NCBI GenBank assembly: GCA_963664195.1
Contig: OY760907.1
Span: forward strand, 2,944,001 to 3,008,000
Source of the DNA: an uncultured candidate division Zixibacteria bacterium
GTDB lineage: Bacteria > Zixibacteria > MSB-5A5 > GN15 > FEB-12
Length of the DNA stretch: 64,000 nucleotides
Direction of reading: 5' to 3'
Shown: positions 19,742 through 29,324 of the stretch, piece by piece
Position numbering within the stretch: position 1 is the first letter of the stretch
How the letters are laid out: the number at the start of each line of letters is the position of its first letter
Notes under the pieces: generated by a model
Database searches by the model: none
Told to the model about the DNA's origin: nothing
What the model saw: the letters and a program-made list of their open reading frames with translations, nothing else
Position numbers and translations under genes: made by a program

Positions 19742-20500
19742 ATGTCTGCACCTTTCATACAGATAGAGAATCTGCATAAACAGTTCCGGGGCCAGTCTGT
19801 CCTCAGCGGTGTGAATATCGACATTGAGAGAGGGGAATCCCTGGCAGTGATCGGTCAGTCCGGCTGTGGCAAATCGGTTTTGCTGAAACATCTGATTCGG
19901 CTGCTGGATCCGGACAAAGGCCGGGTTGTGGTTGATGGCGACGAGTTGGCCGATCTCAACGCCGCCGAATTGGTATTGCTTCGGCAGCGGTTCGGTATGC
20001 TCTTCCAGTCGGCAGCGCTCTTTGACTCACTCAGCGTTGCCGAGAACGTCGGTCTGGGGCTGAAGGAACAGCGCATCTTTGAGGCCGAGGAAATCGAGAA
20101 GCGAGTTACTGAAAAACTCGACTTGGTCCGGTTGAAATCTGCTGCGCTGAAATATCCAGCCGAGCTTTCCGGCGGTATGAAGAAACGTGTTGGCCTCGCC
20201 CGCGCGATTGCCAACGATCCCGAAGTCCTGCTCTACGACGAACCGACAACCGGCCTCGATCCGATTACGTCGGACGTCATCAACGACCTGATTGTGGAAC
20301 TAAACGAAAAACTGAATGTAACCTCGGTGGCGGTAACTCACGACATGCGCTCGGCGTTCAAAATAGCAGATCGGATCATCATGCTGTATCAGGGAAAAGT
20401 CGAGTTCGACGGTACTCCCGAAGAGGTTCGCAACACCGACAACCCAATTGTCAGGCAGTTCATCGAGGGCCAGGCACACGGCCCCATTGAGGAAGGTTGA
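19742..20500 (+). CDS. mlaF: MlaF/Mkl-family ABC ATPase
   Basis: GQSGCGKS, FQSAALFDS, LSGGMKKRVGLAR, YDEPTTGLDPI. Confidence 0.92.
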   Translation: MSAPFIQIENLHKQFRGQSVLSGVNIDIERGESLAVIGQSGCGKSVLLKHLIRLLDPDKGRVVVDGDELADLNAAELVLLRQRFGMLFQSAALFDSLSVAENVGLGLKEQRIFEAEEIEKRVTEKLDLVRLKSAALKYPAELSGGMKKRVGLARAIANDPEVLLYDEPTTGLDPITSDVINDLIVELNEKLNVTSVAVTHDMRSAFKIADRIIMLYQGKVEFDGTPEEVRNTDNPIVRQFIEGQAHGPIEEG

Positions 20501-21882
20501 TGGTAGTATCTCGCAAGACTAAAACGGCCTATTTCTGCAGCCAGTGCGGCGCCGAACACAGTAGATGGCAGGGGCAGTGCCGTGAATGCAACGAATGGAA
20601 CAGCCTCGTAGAGGAACGCGTGCCGGCCAGGAAAAGCACTGCAGCACGCTCCGGTCCGGAAATAGAAAAGCAGACCATCGCCCAGATTTCGCAGGAACGA
20701 CTGTCCGGCTATTCCTCCGGTATTGCTGAGTTCGACCGCGTTCTTGGTGGACAGCTCCTGCCGGGGGTGGCGATTCTCCTCGGAGGCGATCCGGGAATCG
20801 GGAAATCGACGCTGCTGCTTCAAGCTGCCGAATGCTATTCACGTCAGAAACTGCCGGTGCTCTACGTGACCGGCGAGGAATCCCTGCCTCAGATCAAAAT
20901 GCGCGCCGAGCGACTCGGCGTAGTCGGCGACAATATCACGGTTGTCAACAGCACCAACCTTGAAGATACTATCAACTTGCTCTCAAAATCGCAATACGTC
21001 GTGGTGTTGATCGATTCGATTCAGACTATGTCCTCCGGTCAGTTTGATTCTCCGCCGGGGACGGTTTCGCAGGTACGGGAGTCGGCCAACCAACTTGTGA
21101 CGGTTGCCAAGGCACAGGGGTTTTCGCTGTTCCTGGTCGGGCACGTTACCAAAGAAGGCATGGTCGCCGGACCGAAAGTACTCGAACACATGGTTGATAC
21201 CGTCGTTTATTTCGAGGGTGACTCATCGCATTTGTATCGAGTGTTGCGTGTCACCAAAAACCGATATGGCTCAGCCTCAGAGATCGGCCTGTTCGAGATG
21301 AAATCAAACGGGCTTGTCGAAGTCACCAATCCGTCCTCGTTCTTTCTATCGAACGACATTCGTGAACCGCGCACGGGTTCAGTCGTCGCCGGGGTCTGTG
21401 AAGGCCACCGCGCGCTCATGGTCGAGGTACAGGCGCTCGTAACGGCGGCAACTTACGGCAACCCGCAGCGAGTGGCAGGCGGAATCGACAACAAGAAACT
21501 TGCTCTGCTGCTGGCGATACTCGAGAAGCGTGGCGGCTACCCGATGGGCACCAACGATGTGTTCCTGTCTGTCGCCGGGGGGCTGCGGCTTTCTGAACCG
21601 TCGCTTGATCTTCCGATGCTCGTCGCAATCGTATCCTCGCTCATGAACAAAGCGGTCAGCGCGGAAACGCTCGTAATCGGCGAGGTAGGACTTTCCGGCG
21701 AAGTTCGTGCGATCACCAACATAGAGCAACGCATCAAAGAAGCGGCCAAACTCGGTTTCAAGCAGATTGTCATGCCGCAGGCCAACCTTTCACAAATACA
21801 CGACAACGCCAGCCTCCACAAATCCGTGAAACTGATCGGAGTCAAGGAACTCGGCACAGCACTGGAATGCGTTTTTGACTAA
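20500..21882 (+). CDS. radA: DNA repair protein RadA/Sms
   Basis: C4 zinc finger CSQC..CREC, GDPGIGKST, KNRYG motif, Lon-like C-terminal GEVGLSGE. Confidence 0.96.
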   Translation: MVVSRKTKTAYFCSQCGAEHSRWQGQCRECNEWNSLVEERVPARKSTAARSGPEIEKQTIAQISQERLSGYSSGIAEFDRVLGGQLLPGVAILLGGDPGIGKSTLLLQAAECYSRQKLPVLYVTGEESLPQIKMRAERLGVVGDNITVVNSTNLEDTINLLSKSQYVVVLIDSIQTMSSGQFDSPPGTVSQVRESANQLVTVAKAQGFSLFLVGHVTKEGMVAGPKVLEHMVDTVVYFEGDSSHLYRVLRVTKNRYGSASEIGLFEMKSNGLVEVTNPSSFFLSNDIREPRTGSVVAGVCEGHRALMVEVQALVTAATYGNPQRVAGGIDNKKLALLLAILEKRGGYPMGTNDVFLSVAGGLRLSEPSLDLPMLVAIVSSLMNKAVSAETLVIGEVGLSGEVRAITNIEQRIKEAAKLGFKQIVMPQANLSQIHDNASLHKSVKLIGVKELGTALECVFD

Positions 21883-23005
21883 GCAGAAAATCTACACGCT
21901 CAAGCATACCGAAGGCCGCACTCGTCGCGGCGAAGTCACCGTCTCCCACGGCAGTTTCCAAACACCCGCATTCATGCCGGTCGGCACCGCCGGTGCGGTG
22001 AAAGCGATGACCTGCGAAGACCTCGAGGAAATGGGAGCCGAGATCATTCTCGGTAATACCTATCACCTGTACCTGAGACCCGGCACGGAGATCGTCAAAG
22101 CGCAGGGGGGACTGGCCGGGTTTAATCGCTGGCACAAACCGACGTTGACTGACAGCGGCGGCTATCAAGTCTTTTCGCTGAAGCATATATCGAAGATTAC
22201 CGATGAAGGCGTGCAATTTCAGTCACACCACGACGGCTCCCGCCACATGTTCACGCCTGAACGCGTGATGGAAATCGAACACGATCTGGGCGGAGATATC
22301 ATAATGGCCTTCGACCAGTGCGTGCCGTATCCTGCAACGCACGAACAGGCAGCCGAGGGAGTCAAGCGGACGTACGATTGGGCTAAACGATGTGTCAGCA
22401 CACACAGGCTGCTTTCTGAGACCGAAGAGAATCCGCCCAATCTGTTCGGGATTGTACAGGGTTCGGTGTACAAGGACCTGCGTACGGAGTCGGCAGAGCA
22501 GATTGTTTCGCTGGACCTTCCGGGGAACGCCATTGGCGGTCTGTCGGTGGGGGAGAGCAAAGACGAAATGGAAGATATGCTGGCGCACACGATTGAGCAT
22601 CTTCCGAAAGACCGTCCGCGTTATTTGATGGGAGTCGGGTATCCTGAGGATATCCTGATGGCCGTCTCGTATGGGATCGACATGTTCGACTGTGTGCTGC
22701 CGACTCGCAACGCCCGGACGGGGAACGTGTTTACATCCGAAGGTCCGCTGGTGTATCGCAACGCCGACTGTGCCAACGATGACGGCCCGCTTGACCCGAA
22801 CTGCGACTGCCGCGTGTGCCAACGATACAGCCGGGCGTATATCCGGCATCTGTACAATCAGTCGGAAATCACGGGGATGGTGCTGGCGAGTTACCACTCG
22901 TGCTATTTCTACCAGAATCTGATGCGGGGGATCAGGCAGGCCATCGAGGAAGACCGTTTCGATTCGTTCCGGAAGGATTTCCTGGCGCGGTATAACGGGG
23001 AATGA
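21875..23005 (+). CDS. tgt: tRNA-guanine transglycosylase
   Basis: TPAFMPVGT, NTYHL, TDSGGYQ, GGLSVGE, DCVLPTR, CDCRVC zinc site. Confidence 0.96.
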   Translation: MTKQKIYTLKHTEGRTRRGEVTVSHGSFQTPAFMPVGTAGAVKAMTCEDLEEMGAEIILGNTYHLYLRPGTEIVKAQGGLAGFNRWHKPTLTDSGGYQVFSLKHISKITDEGVQFQSHHDGSRHMFTPERVMEIEHDLGGDIIMAFDQCVPYPATHEQAAEGVKRTYDWAKRCVSTHRLLSETEENPPNLFGIVQGSVYKDLRTESAEQIVSLDLPGNAIGGLSVGESKDEMEDMLAHTIEHLPKDRPRYLMGVGYPEDILMAVSYGIDMFDCVLPTRNARTGNVFTSEGPLVYRNADCANDDGPLDPNCDCRVCQRYSRAYIRHLYNQSEITGMVLASYHSCYFYQNLMRGIRQAIEEDRFDSFRKDFLARYNGE

Positions 23006-23025
23006 CGTTGGTGCGTACCAATCAA

Positions 23026-23050
23026 GTCACACTGAGCCTGTCGAAGTGTG
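23026..23050 (+). repeat. 25-bp palindromic intergenic element, copy 1
   Basis: gtcacactgagcctgtcgaagtgtg; matches 39633-39657. Confidence 0.65.
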
Positions 23051-23318
23051 CATCACTTGATTGGTGTGGTGGCTACGTAGCGAAGGTCAACGCCACGCGT
23101 GGCTGTCTTCAGACCTGCGAGGACACTTGCGAGATGAAGAAGAAACACACCCCGGTCGAAAACCACTCGTGGTTCTCAACCGCCCTTCTCAAGAGGGGAC
23201 GGAGAGAAGTAGGTCCGCGCGCTATTCTCTCGGGCAACTCACTTGACACCTGCTCCTGATTATGTATTGTGAAGTCTGTAATCCAATTCTCCGCCTGTGA
23301 CTGAATCGGGAGGGACTA

Positions 23319-24257
23319 ATGCGGAAAACAATCATTGTAGTGGTTGCTTCGATACTCTTGCCGATATGCTTCATGCTCTGGTGTACTCCCTTGCAGGACG
23401 AGAGTCTGCCGGGTGTTATCTTTCTGTGGGGCTCCAACAGCACAGTTAATGAACCGTCCACCGGGCGCCATGTCTCTGTTGATTGGAATACGCATGTCTT
23501 CGAACCCGAAATACCATGTCAGGGACCAGGAGATACATTGATCTTGGACTCCGGCAATAGACTTAATGCTGTCTCAGTGGACAGTTCGCTTGTTGACTGC
23601 CTTCCCGTTTTGCACAAGTACGTCCCGTACGCAGCACCTCAGTTCCTGTCGGATCTCTGTTCGGACGACTTCATCTGCAGGTCTCTGGATTACGACAGCT
23701 CCTCAAGGAAGTATCTTTGGTGCGGTCAATACGATGGAGACAAAGGCATATTTCTATTAGATTCCTCGCTCCTCGTGGTGTCCAAGATTCCGTTCGACGG
23801 CAGTCCAAACGACAGCACTGGTTACTTTCCCAAAGGGGCGTTTGTCGACAGCGCGACATACGTCATCCTGTGTCAGAACAACCTGTATCTGGTGAGCGAG
23901 GATGGCGGTGCGGAGATTCTAGCGAAGCGTGTCTTTTCTCCTGCCCTTTCGCACGACGGAAGTAGGATGGTCTACTGCCGCAGTTATCGCCCGCGGGAGC
24001 GGAAGAAGGATACGAGAGTGTTTCTTCTTGATGTGGATACGGGCTTGGAGAGCCAATTGGCCTTTCATGGGAAGCAAGTGACTCGACTAGCCTTCTCGCC
24101 GGATGACCGGTGTTTAGCATTTGTGTATCAGACGTACAATCTCGGCAATACATGTAAGCTTGAGGTCTACGACTTTGAATCGGGAGAATCACGCGGCACG
24201 GGCATCGCCGGATGGGGCTCGCTTCTCTGGACTTCGGGCTATGAGTTTCCGGAATAG
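23319..24257 (+). CDS. Exported protein with TolB/PD40-like propeller repeats
   Basis: N-terminal hydrophobic leader; PALSHDGSRMVY and LAFSPDDRCLAF repeats; GGAGG SD. Confidence 0.65.
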   Translation: MRKTIIVVVASILLPICFMLWCTPLQDESLPGVIFLWGSNSTVNEPSTGRHVSVDWNTHVFEPEIPCQGPGDTLILDSGNRLNAVSVDSSLVDCLPVLHKYVPYAAPQFLSDLCSDDFICRSLDYDSSSRKYLWCGQYDGDKGIFLLDSSLLVVSKIPFDGSPNDSTGYFPKGAFVDSATYVILCQNNLYLVSEDGGAEILAKRVFSPALSHDGSRMVYCRSYRPRERKKDTRVFLLDVDTGLESQLAFHGKQVTRLAFSPDDRCLAFVYQTYNLGNTCKLEVYDFESGESRGTGIAGWGSLLWTSGYEFPE

Positions 24258-24284
24258 GTTGGCTCGACGGAGTACGAAGTTCCC

Positions 24285-24905
24285 TCACCGCCGCAATATC
24301 GGCAGCAAATACCCGACCGAAACCCTGAAGCCCCCCATGCGCGTGTCCAGGTAATCTCGTGAGTAATGATCCCCGTCGATACTTGACCGGTTCTTTACAA
24401 ATCGCGGGCGGACCTCCGTCACCGCGATCTCAAACGAGTACCATTCATGAAAGCGCAGCCCCAGTGTGATACGCACCCCCAACTCGTCGGTGACGTCCAC
24501 CGACTCGACATCCTCGTAGAACATCAAAGAGTCCGAAGTCTTCTTAAAGGCCGAGAAGTTGTTATGGGCAAACAGCCCCCCGATTCCCACGTATCCGGTC
24601 ATGTGGCGCGTTCCTCGATAATAGAGAAGATCGACCGCCACAGTCGACGTGAGGAGTTCTCCCTTCGGGAACAGGTGGGAATTCGTCTCGGAGTATTTGA
24701 AATCAACTGCGCAACGTACGACAAGGGGATGGGTCATTCTCAATTCGTACCGTGCGGATAACTCCGGGCCGGCACCAACGACACCGTTGGGGGTGGTCAC
24801 ACCGGCGGCGACATGGAAGTTGATACTTGATACGGTATCCTCCTCGACCGGGTTTATAGGCGCTATCGGCAGACACAAGAGGGACGCAAGTAGCAGCAGA
24901 TGCAT
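24285..24905 (-). CDS. Small outer-membrane beta-barrel protein
   Basis: Signal peptide, YVGIGG strand, C-terminal GFRVSVGY. Confidence 0.6.
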   Translation of the reverse strand: MHLLLLASLLCLPIAPINPVEEDTVSSINFHVAAGVTTPNGVVGAGPELSARYELRMTHPLVVRCAVDFKYSETNSHLFPKGELLTSTVAVDLLYYRGTRHMTGYVGIGGLFAHNNFSAFKKTSDSLMFYEDVESVDVTDELGVRITLGLRFHEWYSFEIAVTEVRPRFVKNRSSIDGDHYSRDYLDTRMGGFRVSVGYLLPILRR

Positions 24906-25121
24906 AGGGTTACTCCGTTTTTAGTCTATGTATTTTAGACGGATATACCCTGCAGAGTGTCTGGTTTTTTGTGGTGACCATTGCTGATCCATTCGGCGGT
25001 CGACATGCGAAAGCAAACCGAATCGCGCTGCTTTTCAGAGGCCGATTTGTTGACGCGAGACTCTGGCCGTAATCTGTTGCGGCATAACGCAAAAAAGCAA
25101 TCGCGAGAGGGGCGAAACGGG

Positions 25122-25149
25122 TTGACATAGGAACTTTAACGAGTATATT
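25122..25149 (+). promoter_or_regulatory. Sigma70-type promoter heading the catabolic cluster
   Basis: TTGACA-16-TATATT. Confidence 0.65.
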
Positions 25150-25238
25150 ACCCGCTTATCTTGGCAAGGTGTGAAGAAATTCACAACCTGTCATTGAGCG
25201 AATGGAGCAAGAACCTATTGAAATACACGGGGTTACCG

Positions 25239-26732
25239 ATGAGTGACAAAGTCTTCAAGAACTACATAAATGGTGAATGGGTCGAATCAAAATCAGGGAA
25301 AACGTTTGAAAATCGTAACCCTGCCGATCAGGACGATCTGATTGGTGTCTTTCAGAAGTCAAACGAAGCTGATGTTGCCGATGCTATCGATGCTGCCGCC
25401 GAGGCATACAAAAAGTGGCGTCTGGTCCCGGCTCCGAAGCGCGGTGAGATTCTGTATCGGGTAGCCAACCGTCTCTGGGCTGAGAAAGAGCGTTGCTCCC
25501 AGGAGATGACTCGCGAGATGGGCAAGGTGATCGCCGAGACCCGCGGTGACACTCAGGAAGCCATCGATATGACCTACTACATGGCCGGCGAGGGCCGTCG
25601 CCTCTTCGGTATGACCACACCGTCTGAGCTTGCCAACAAGTTCTGTATGACCGTTCGTCAGCCGCTCGGCGTTTGCGGTTTCATTACGCCGTGGAACTTC
25701 CCGATGGCCATTCCGTCCTGGAAGTCGATGCCGGCACTGATCTGCGGTAACACCGTGGTGATCAAGCCCGCCACCGATACCCCGATGTCTGTCGTCAACA
25801 TGATCAAGGTCATGGAAGAGGAAGGCGTCCCGGCCGGTGTTATCAATATGGTGACCGGTTCCGGTGGAGCCGTTGGCCAGCCGCTGATCAAGGACCCGCG
25901 CACCCGCGTGATTTCTTTCACTGGTTCAACCGAAGTCGGCCGCAAAGTTGCCGAGTCCTGCGCCCCGACGTTCAAGCACTCCTGTCTCGAAATGGGTGGC
26001 AAGAACGTACAGATCGTTATGGACGACGCTGATCTCGAACTGGCCGTCGACGGTGCCCTCTGGGGTGCTTTCGGAACGACCGGTCAGCGTTGCACGGCCA
26101 CCAGCCGTTTGATCTGCCACAAAGACGTAGTTGAAAAAGTTACTAAGATGCTTGCCGAGCGCGCGAACAAGCTGAAAGTCGGAAACGGTCTTGACGAATC
26201 GGTCCAGATGGGTCCGTCAGTCAACCAGGGTCAGCTTGACACCGTACTGAGCTATATTGAAATCGGTAAAAAGGAAGACAACGCGCGCCTCGTCTGTGGC
26301 GGTGAGCGTTTGAGCGGCAAAGAATACGACAAGGGCTTCTTTGTTCAGCCGACGATTTTCGCAGATGTCAACCAGAGCATGCGCCTGTGGAGAGAAGAGA
26401 TCTTTGGCCCGGTGCTGTCGATCGGTTCCTTCAGCACGTTTGAGGAAGCTATCGAAATGGCCAACGACACGCCGTACGGTCTGTCGGCGGCGATATACAC
26501 GAAAGACATCAACCAGGCCTACCGCGCGATGCGCGACGTCTACACCGGCCTGTTTTATGTCAACGCCCCGACTATCGGTGCGGAAACGCATCTGCCGTTC
26601 GGTGGTACCAAGGAGACCGGCAACGGTCACCGTGAAGCTGCCACGGCGGCGCTTGATGTCTTTAGCGAATGGAAATCGGTCTCGGTCGATTTCTCCGGAA
26701 CAATCCAGCGGGCGCAGATTGACAATCAGTAG
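25239..26732 (+). CDS. NAD(P)-dependent aldehyde dehydrogenase, substrate unknown
   Basis: ITPWNFP, IKPA, FTGS, LEMGGKN, GQRCTA catalytic Cys, EEIFGP, PFGG. Confidence 0.93.
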   Translation: MSDKVFKNYINGEWVESKSGKTFENRNPADQDDLIGVFQKSNEADVADAIDAAAEAYKKWRLVPAPKRGEILYRVANRLWAEKERCSQEMTREMGKVIAETRGDTQEAIDMTYYMAGEGRRLFGMTTPSELANKFCMTVRQPLGVCGFITPWNFPMAIPSWKSMPALICGNTVVIKPATDTPMSVVNMIKVMEEEGVPAGVINMVTGSGGAVGQPLIKDPRTRVISFTGSTEVGRKVAESCAPTFKHSCLEMGGKNVQIVMDDADLELAVDGALWGAFGTTGQRCTATSRLICHKDVVEKVTKMLAERANKLKVGNGLDESVQMGPSVNQGQLDTVLSYIEIGKKEDNARLVCGGERLSGKEYDKGFFVQPTIFADVNQSMRLWREEIFGPVLSIGSFSTFEEAIEMANDTPYGLSAAIYTKDINQAYRAMRDVYTGLFYVNAPTIGAETHLPFGGTKETGNGHREAATAALDVFSEWKSVSVDFSGTIQRAQIDNQ

Positions 26733-26932
26733 TCGATTTCTGAGCTAACTGGAAAATGGAGCAAGAAACTTGACCAAGTGTAAATACACGATCAAGGCCG
26801 GAGGTGGTCTCCGGTTGTTGTATCTGATTCTGTTTATCTGGCTGTCATCTTCCATATGATCCAGGTACAACCGGACGAAGGACGGATGAGTAACACGGAT
26901 TTGGAAAACAAAATCAGAACGGAGAATTTGTA

Positions 26933-28291
26933 ATGGCTAAGACCAGAAAAAAAGTAATCATCATGGGCGCGGCCGGCCGCGACTTCCATAACTTCAATTG
27001 CCTGTACCGTGACAACAACGATGTCGAGGTGGTAGCCTTTACCGCCACGCAGATTCCGGACATCGAAGGCCGCAAGTACCCGGCCGTTCTCGCCGGCAAG
27101 CTGTACCCGAAGGGTATCCCGATTGTCGAAGAGGCCAAGCTGATCGACCTGATCAAAAAGCACAACGTTGAGGAAGTCATCTTTTCGTACTCCGACGTAC
27201 CGTACGAGTACGTGATGGAGAAGGCTGCCTACGTAATGGCTGCCGGCGCTCGTTTTTCTGTTGAGGGCGGCGCCTCGACTATGATCAAATCCAGCAAGCC
27301 GGTCGTCGGTGTTGTTGCTATCCGCACGGGTTGCGGCAAGTCCCAGACCACTCGTCGTGTCGCGCAGGCTCTGCAGGCGATGGGCAAGAAGGTCGTGGCG
27401 ATTCGTCACCCTATGCCGTACGGTGACCTGGCCAAGCAGACCTGGCAGCGTTTTGCCACGCTGAAGGATCTGGACAAGCACAAATGCACTATCGAAGAGC
27501 GTGAAGAGTACGAACCGCACATCAAGAGCGGCGTCATCGTATACGCTGGTGTGGATTATGAAGCCATCATCCGCAGAGCTGAAAAAGAGGCCGACGTTAT
27601 CCTTTGGGATGGCGGTAACAACGACATGTCTTTCTACAAGACGGACTTCCTGTTCACCGTCGTGGATCCGCACCGTGTCGGTCACGAACTGTCTTACTAT
27701 CCCGGACAGGCCAACCTGCTGATGGCTGACGCTGTCGTCATCAACAAGATGGATTCCGCCGACGCCGACGATATCGCCGAGCTGCGTGCCAACATCGCCG
27801 AGTATAACCCGAATGCTATCGTTATCGATGCCGCTTCGCCGATCCAGGTCGACAAGCCGGAATTGATTCGTGGCAAGAAGGTTCTGGTTGTCGAAGACGG
27901 CCCGACGCTCACCCACGGTGAGATGCAGTACGGCGCCGGTGTGGTTGCCGCTTCCAAGTACGGCGCTGCCGAACTCGTCGACCCGCGTCCGTACACAGTC
28001 AAGTCGATCACCGCTACTTTCAAGAAGTATCCGGGAATCGGCGAGTTGCTTCCGGCCATGGGTTATGGCAAGGCGCAGGTCAAGGATCTGGAAACCACGA
28101 TCAACAAGACCAAGTGTGATTCGGTGATCGTCGCTACGCCGATTGATCTCAGCCGCATCTTGAAGATAAAGAAGCCGTTCACTCGCGTGTACTACTCCCT
28201 CCAGGAGATCGGCACACCTGACGTGGCCATGGTGCTCGGAGACTTCTTCTCGGGCAAAAAGCCCGCGGCGAAGAAGGCTGCGAAGAAGTAA
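26933..28291 (+). CDS. arcE: Arginine synthetase-like P-loop enzyme (family often annotated GTPase or cyclic 2,3-diphosphoglycerate synthase)
   Basis: MGAAGRDFHNFN, FTATQIP, RTGCGKSQT P-loop, RHPMPYGDL, TIEEREEYEPH, WDGGNND, EDGPTLTHG; directly upstream of carbamate kinase. Confidence 0.78.
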   Translation: MAKTRKKVIIMGAAGRDFHNFNCLYRDNNDVEVVAFTATQIPDIEGRKYPAVLAGKLYPKGIPIVEEAKLIDLIKKHNVEEVIFSYSDVPYEYVMEKAAYVMAAGARFSVEGGASTMIKSSKPVVGVVAIRTGCGKSQTTRRVAQALQAMGKKVVAIRHPMPYGDLAKQTWQRFATLKDLDKHKCTIEEREEYEPHIKSGVIVYAGVDYEAIIRRAEKEADVILWDGGNNDMSFYKTDFLFTVVDPHRVGHELSYYPGQANLLMADAVVINKMDSADADDIAELRANIAEYNPNAIVIDAASPIQVDKPELIRGKKVLVVEDGPTLTHGEMQYGAGVVAASKYGAAELVDPRPYTVKSITATFKKYPGIGELLPAMGYGKAQVKDLETTINKTKCDSVIVATPIDLSRILKIKKPFTRVYYSLQEIGTPDVAMVLGDFFSGKKPAAKKAAKK

Positions 28292-28371
28292 CTTGCAGGG
28301 TTAACAGGCGGGCCGAAGAGATTCGGCCCGTCTCGCATTACAACAAGAATGAGAGATTTGCAGACGAATAG

Positions 28372-29322
28372 ATGACCGTCAATAAGACAGCAGTAGTCGC
28401 ACTCGGTGGTAACGCCATTACGCGGCCGGGACTCGAGGACACTATCGCCAACCAGTTTGCCAACACCCGGCAGTCTCTGGACGGGGTTATAGAGCTTGTC
28501 CGCGACGGGTACAAACTGGTGGTTACGCACGGCAACGGCCCGCAGGTGGGCAACGCCCTGTTGCGTATCGAGGAGACCAGGGGCAAGGCGCCCGTACTTC
28601 CGCTCGGCGTGTGTGTGGCTGATACCGAGGGCGGCATGGGATATATGATCGAGCAGTCGTTACAGAACCGGCTGCGCGGTGAGGGAATCAAGCGCCCGGT
28701 GGTGACTATCATCACGCAGATGCTGGTTGATCCCAACGATCCCGCCATTTCCGACCCCAGTAAATTTATAGGGCAGTTCTACGCTGAAGAAGACGTCAAG
28801 CTGCTCATGGAGACCCGTGGCTGGCAGATGAAAAAGGATGCCGACCGCGGCTGGCGGCGGGTCGTTCCGTCACCAATGCCGCATGAAGCGGTCGAGGGTG
28901 ACACGATCAAGACACTGGTGAATTCCGGCACCATAGTCATCGCCGCAGGCGGTGGTGGGATTCCGGTCTATATCGACAAGAACGGTAACTATGAGGGATT
29001 GGATGCCGTGATCGATAAGGATTTTGCCTCGGCCGTTTTGGCCAAGGAGATCGGGGCGGGCACGCTTTCGATTCTCACCTCGGTTGATCGGGTGGCAATC
29101 AACTTTGGCAAGCCCAATCAAAAGGAACTGGATCATTGTACGCTTTCTGAGATAAAGAGACTGTTTGACGAAGGTCATTTCCCACCCGGATCGATGGGAC
29201 CTAAGGTTAAAGCGGCCATCAAGTTCATCGAGGGCGGAGGAGAAATGGTGACCATTACGTCGTTTGAAAATGCCTGCAAGGCGCTGCGCGGAGAAGCAGG
29301 AACACGGATAGTGCCAGACTAA
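28372..29322 (+). CDS. arcC: Carbamate kinase
   Basis: VVALGGNA, THGNGPQVG, WRRVVPSP, GGGGIPV, AVIDKD, GSMGPK. Confidence 0.96.
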   Translation: MTVNKTAVVALGGNAITRPGLEDTIANQFANTRQSLDGVIELVRDGYKLVVTHGNGPQVGNALLRIEETRGKAPVLPLGVCVADTEGGMGYMIEQSLQNRLRGEGIKRPVVTIITQMLVDPNDPAISDPSKFIGQFYAEEDVKLLMETRGWQMKKDADRGWRRVVPSPMPHEAVEGDTIKTLVNSGTIVIAAGGGGIPVYIDKNGNYEGLDAVIDKDFASAVLAKEIGAGTLSILTSVDRVAINFGKPNQKELDHCTLSEIKRLFDEGHFPPGSMGPKVKAAIKFIEGGGEMVTITSFENACKALRGEAGTRIVPD

Positions 29323-29324
29323 AA

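Noticed and set aside
23002..23259. 85-aa ORF after tgt
   Set aside because: Runs through palindromic repeat sequence; no protein-like features
26933..28291. Cyclic 2,3-diphosphoglycerate synthetase
   Set aside because: No 2-phosphoglycerate kinase nearby and the neighbour is carbamate kinase, favouring ArcE; not formally excluded
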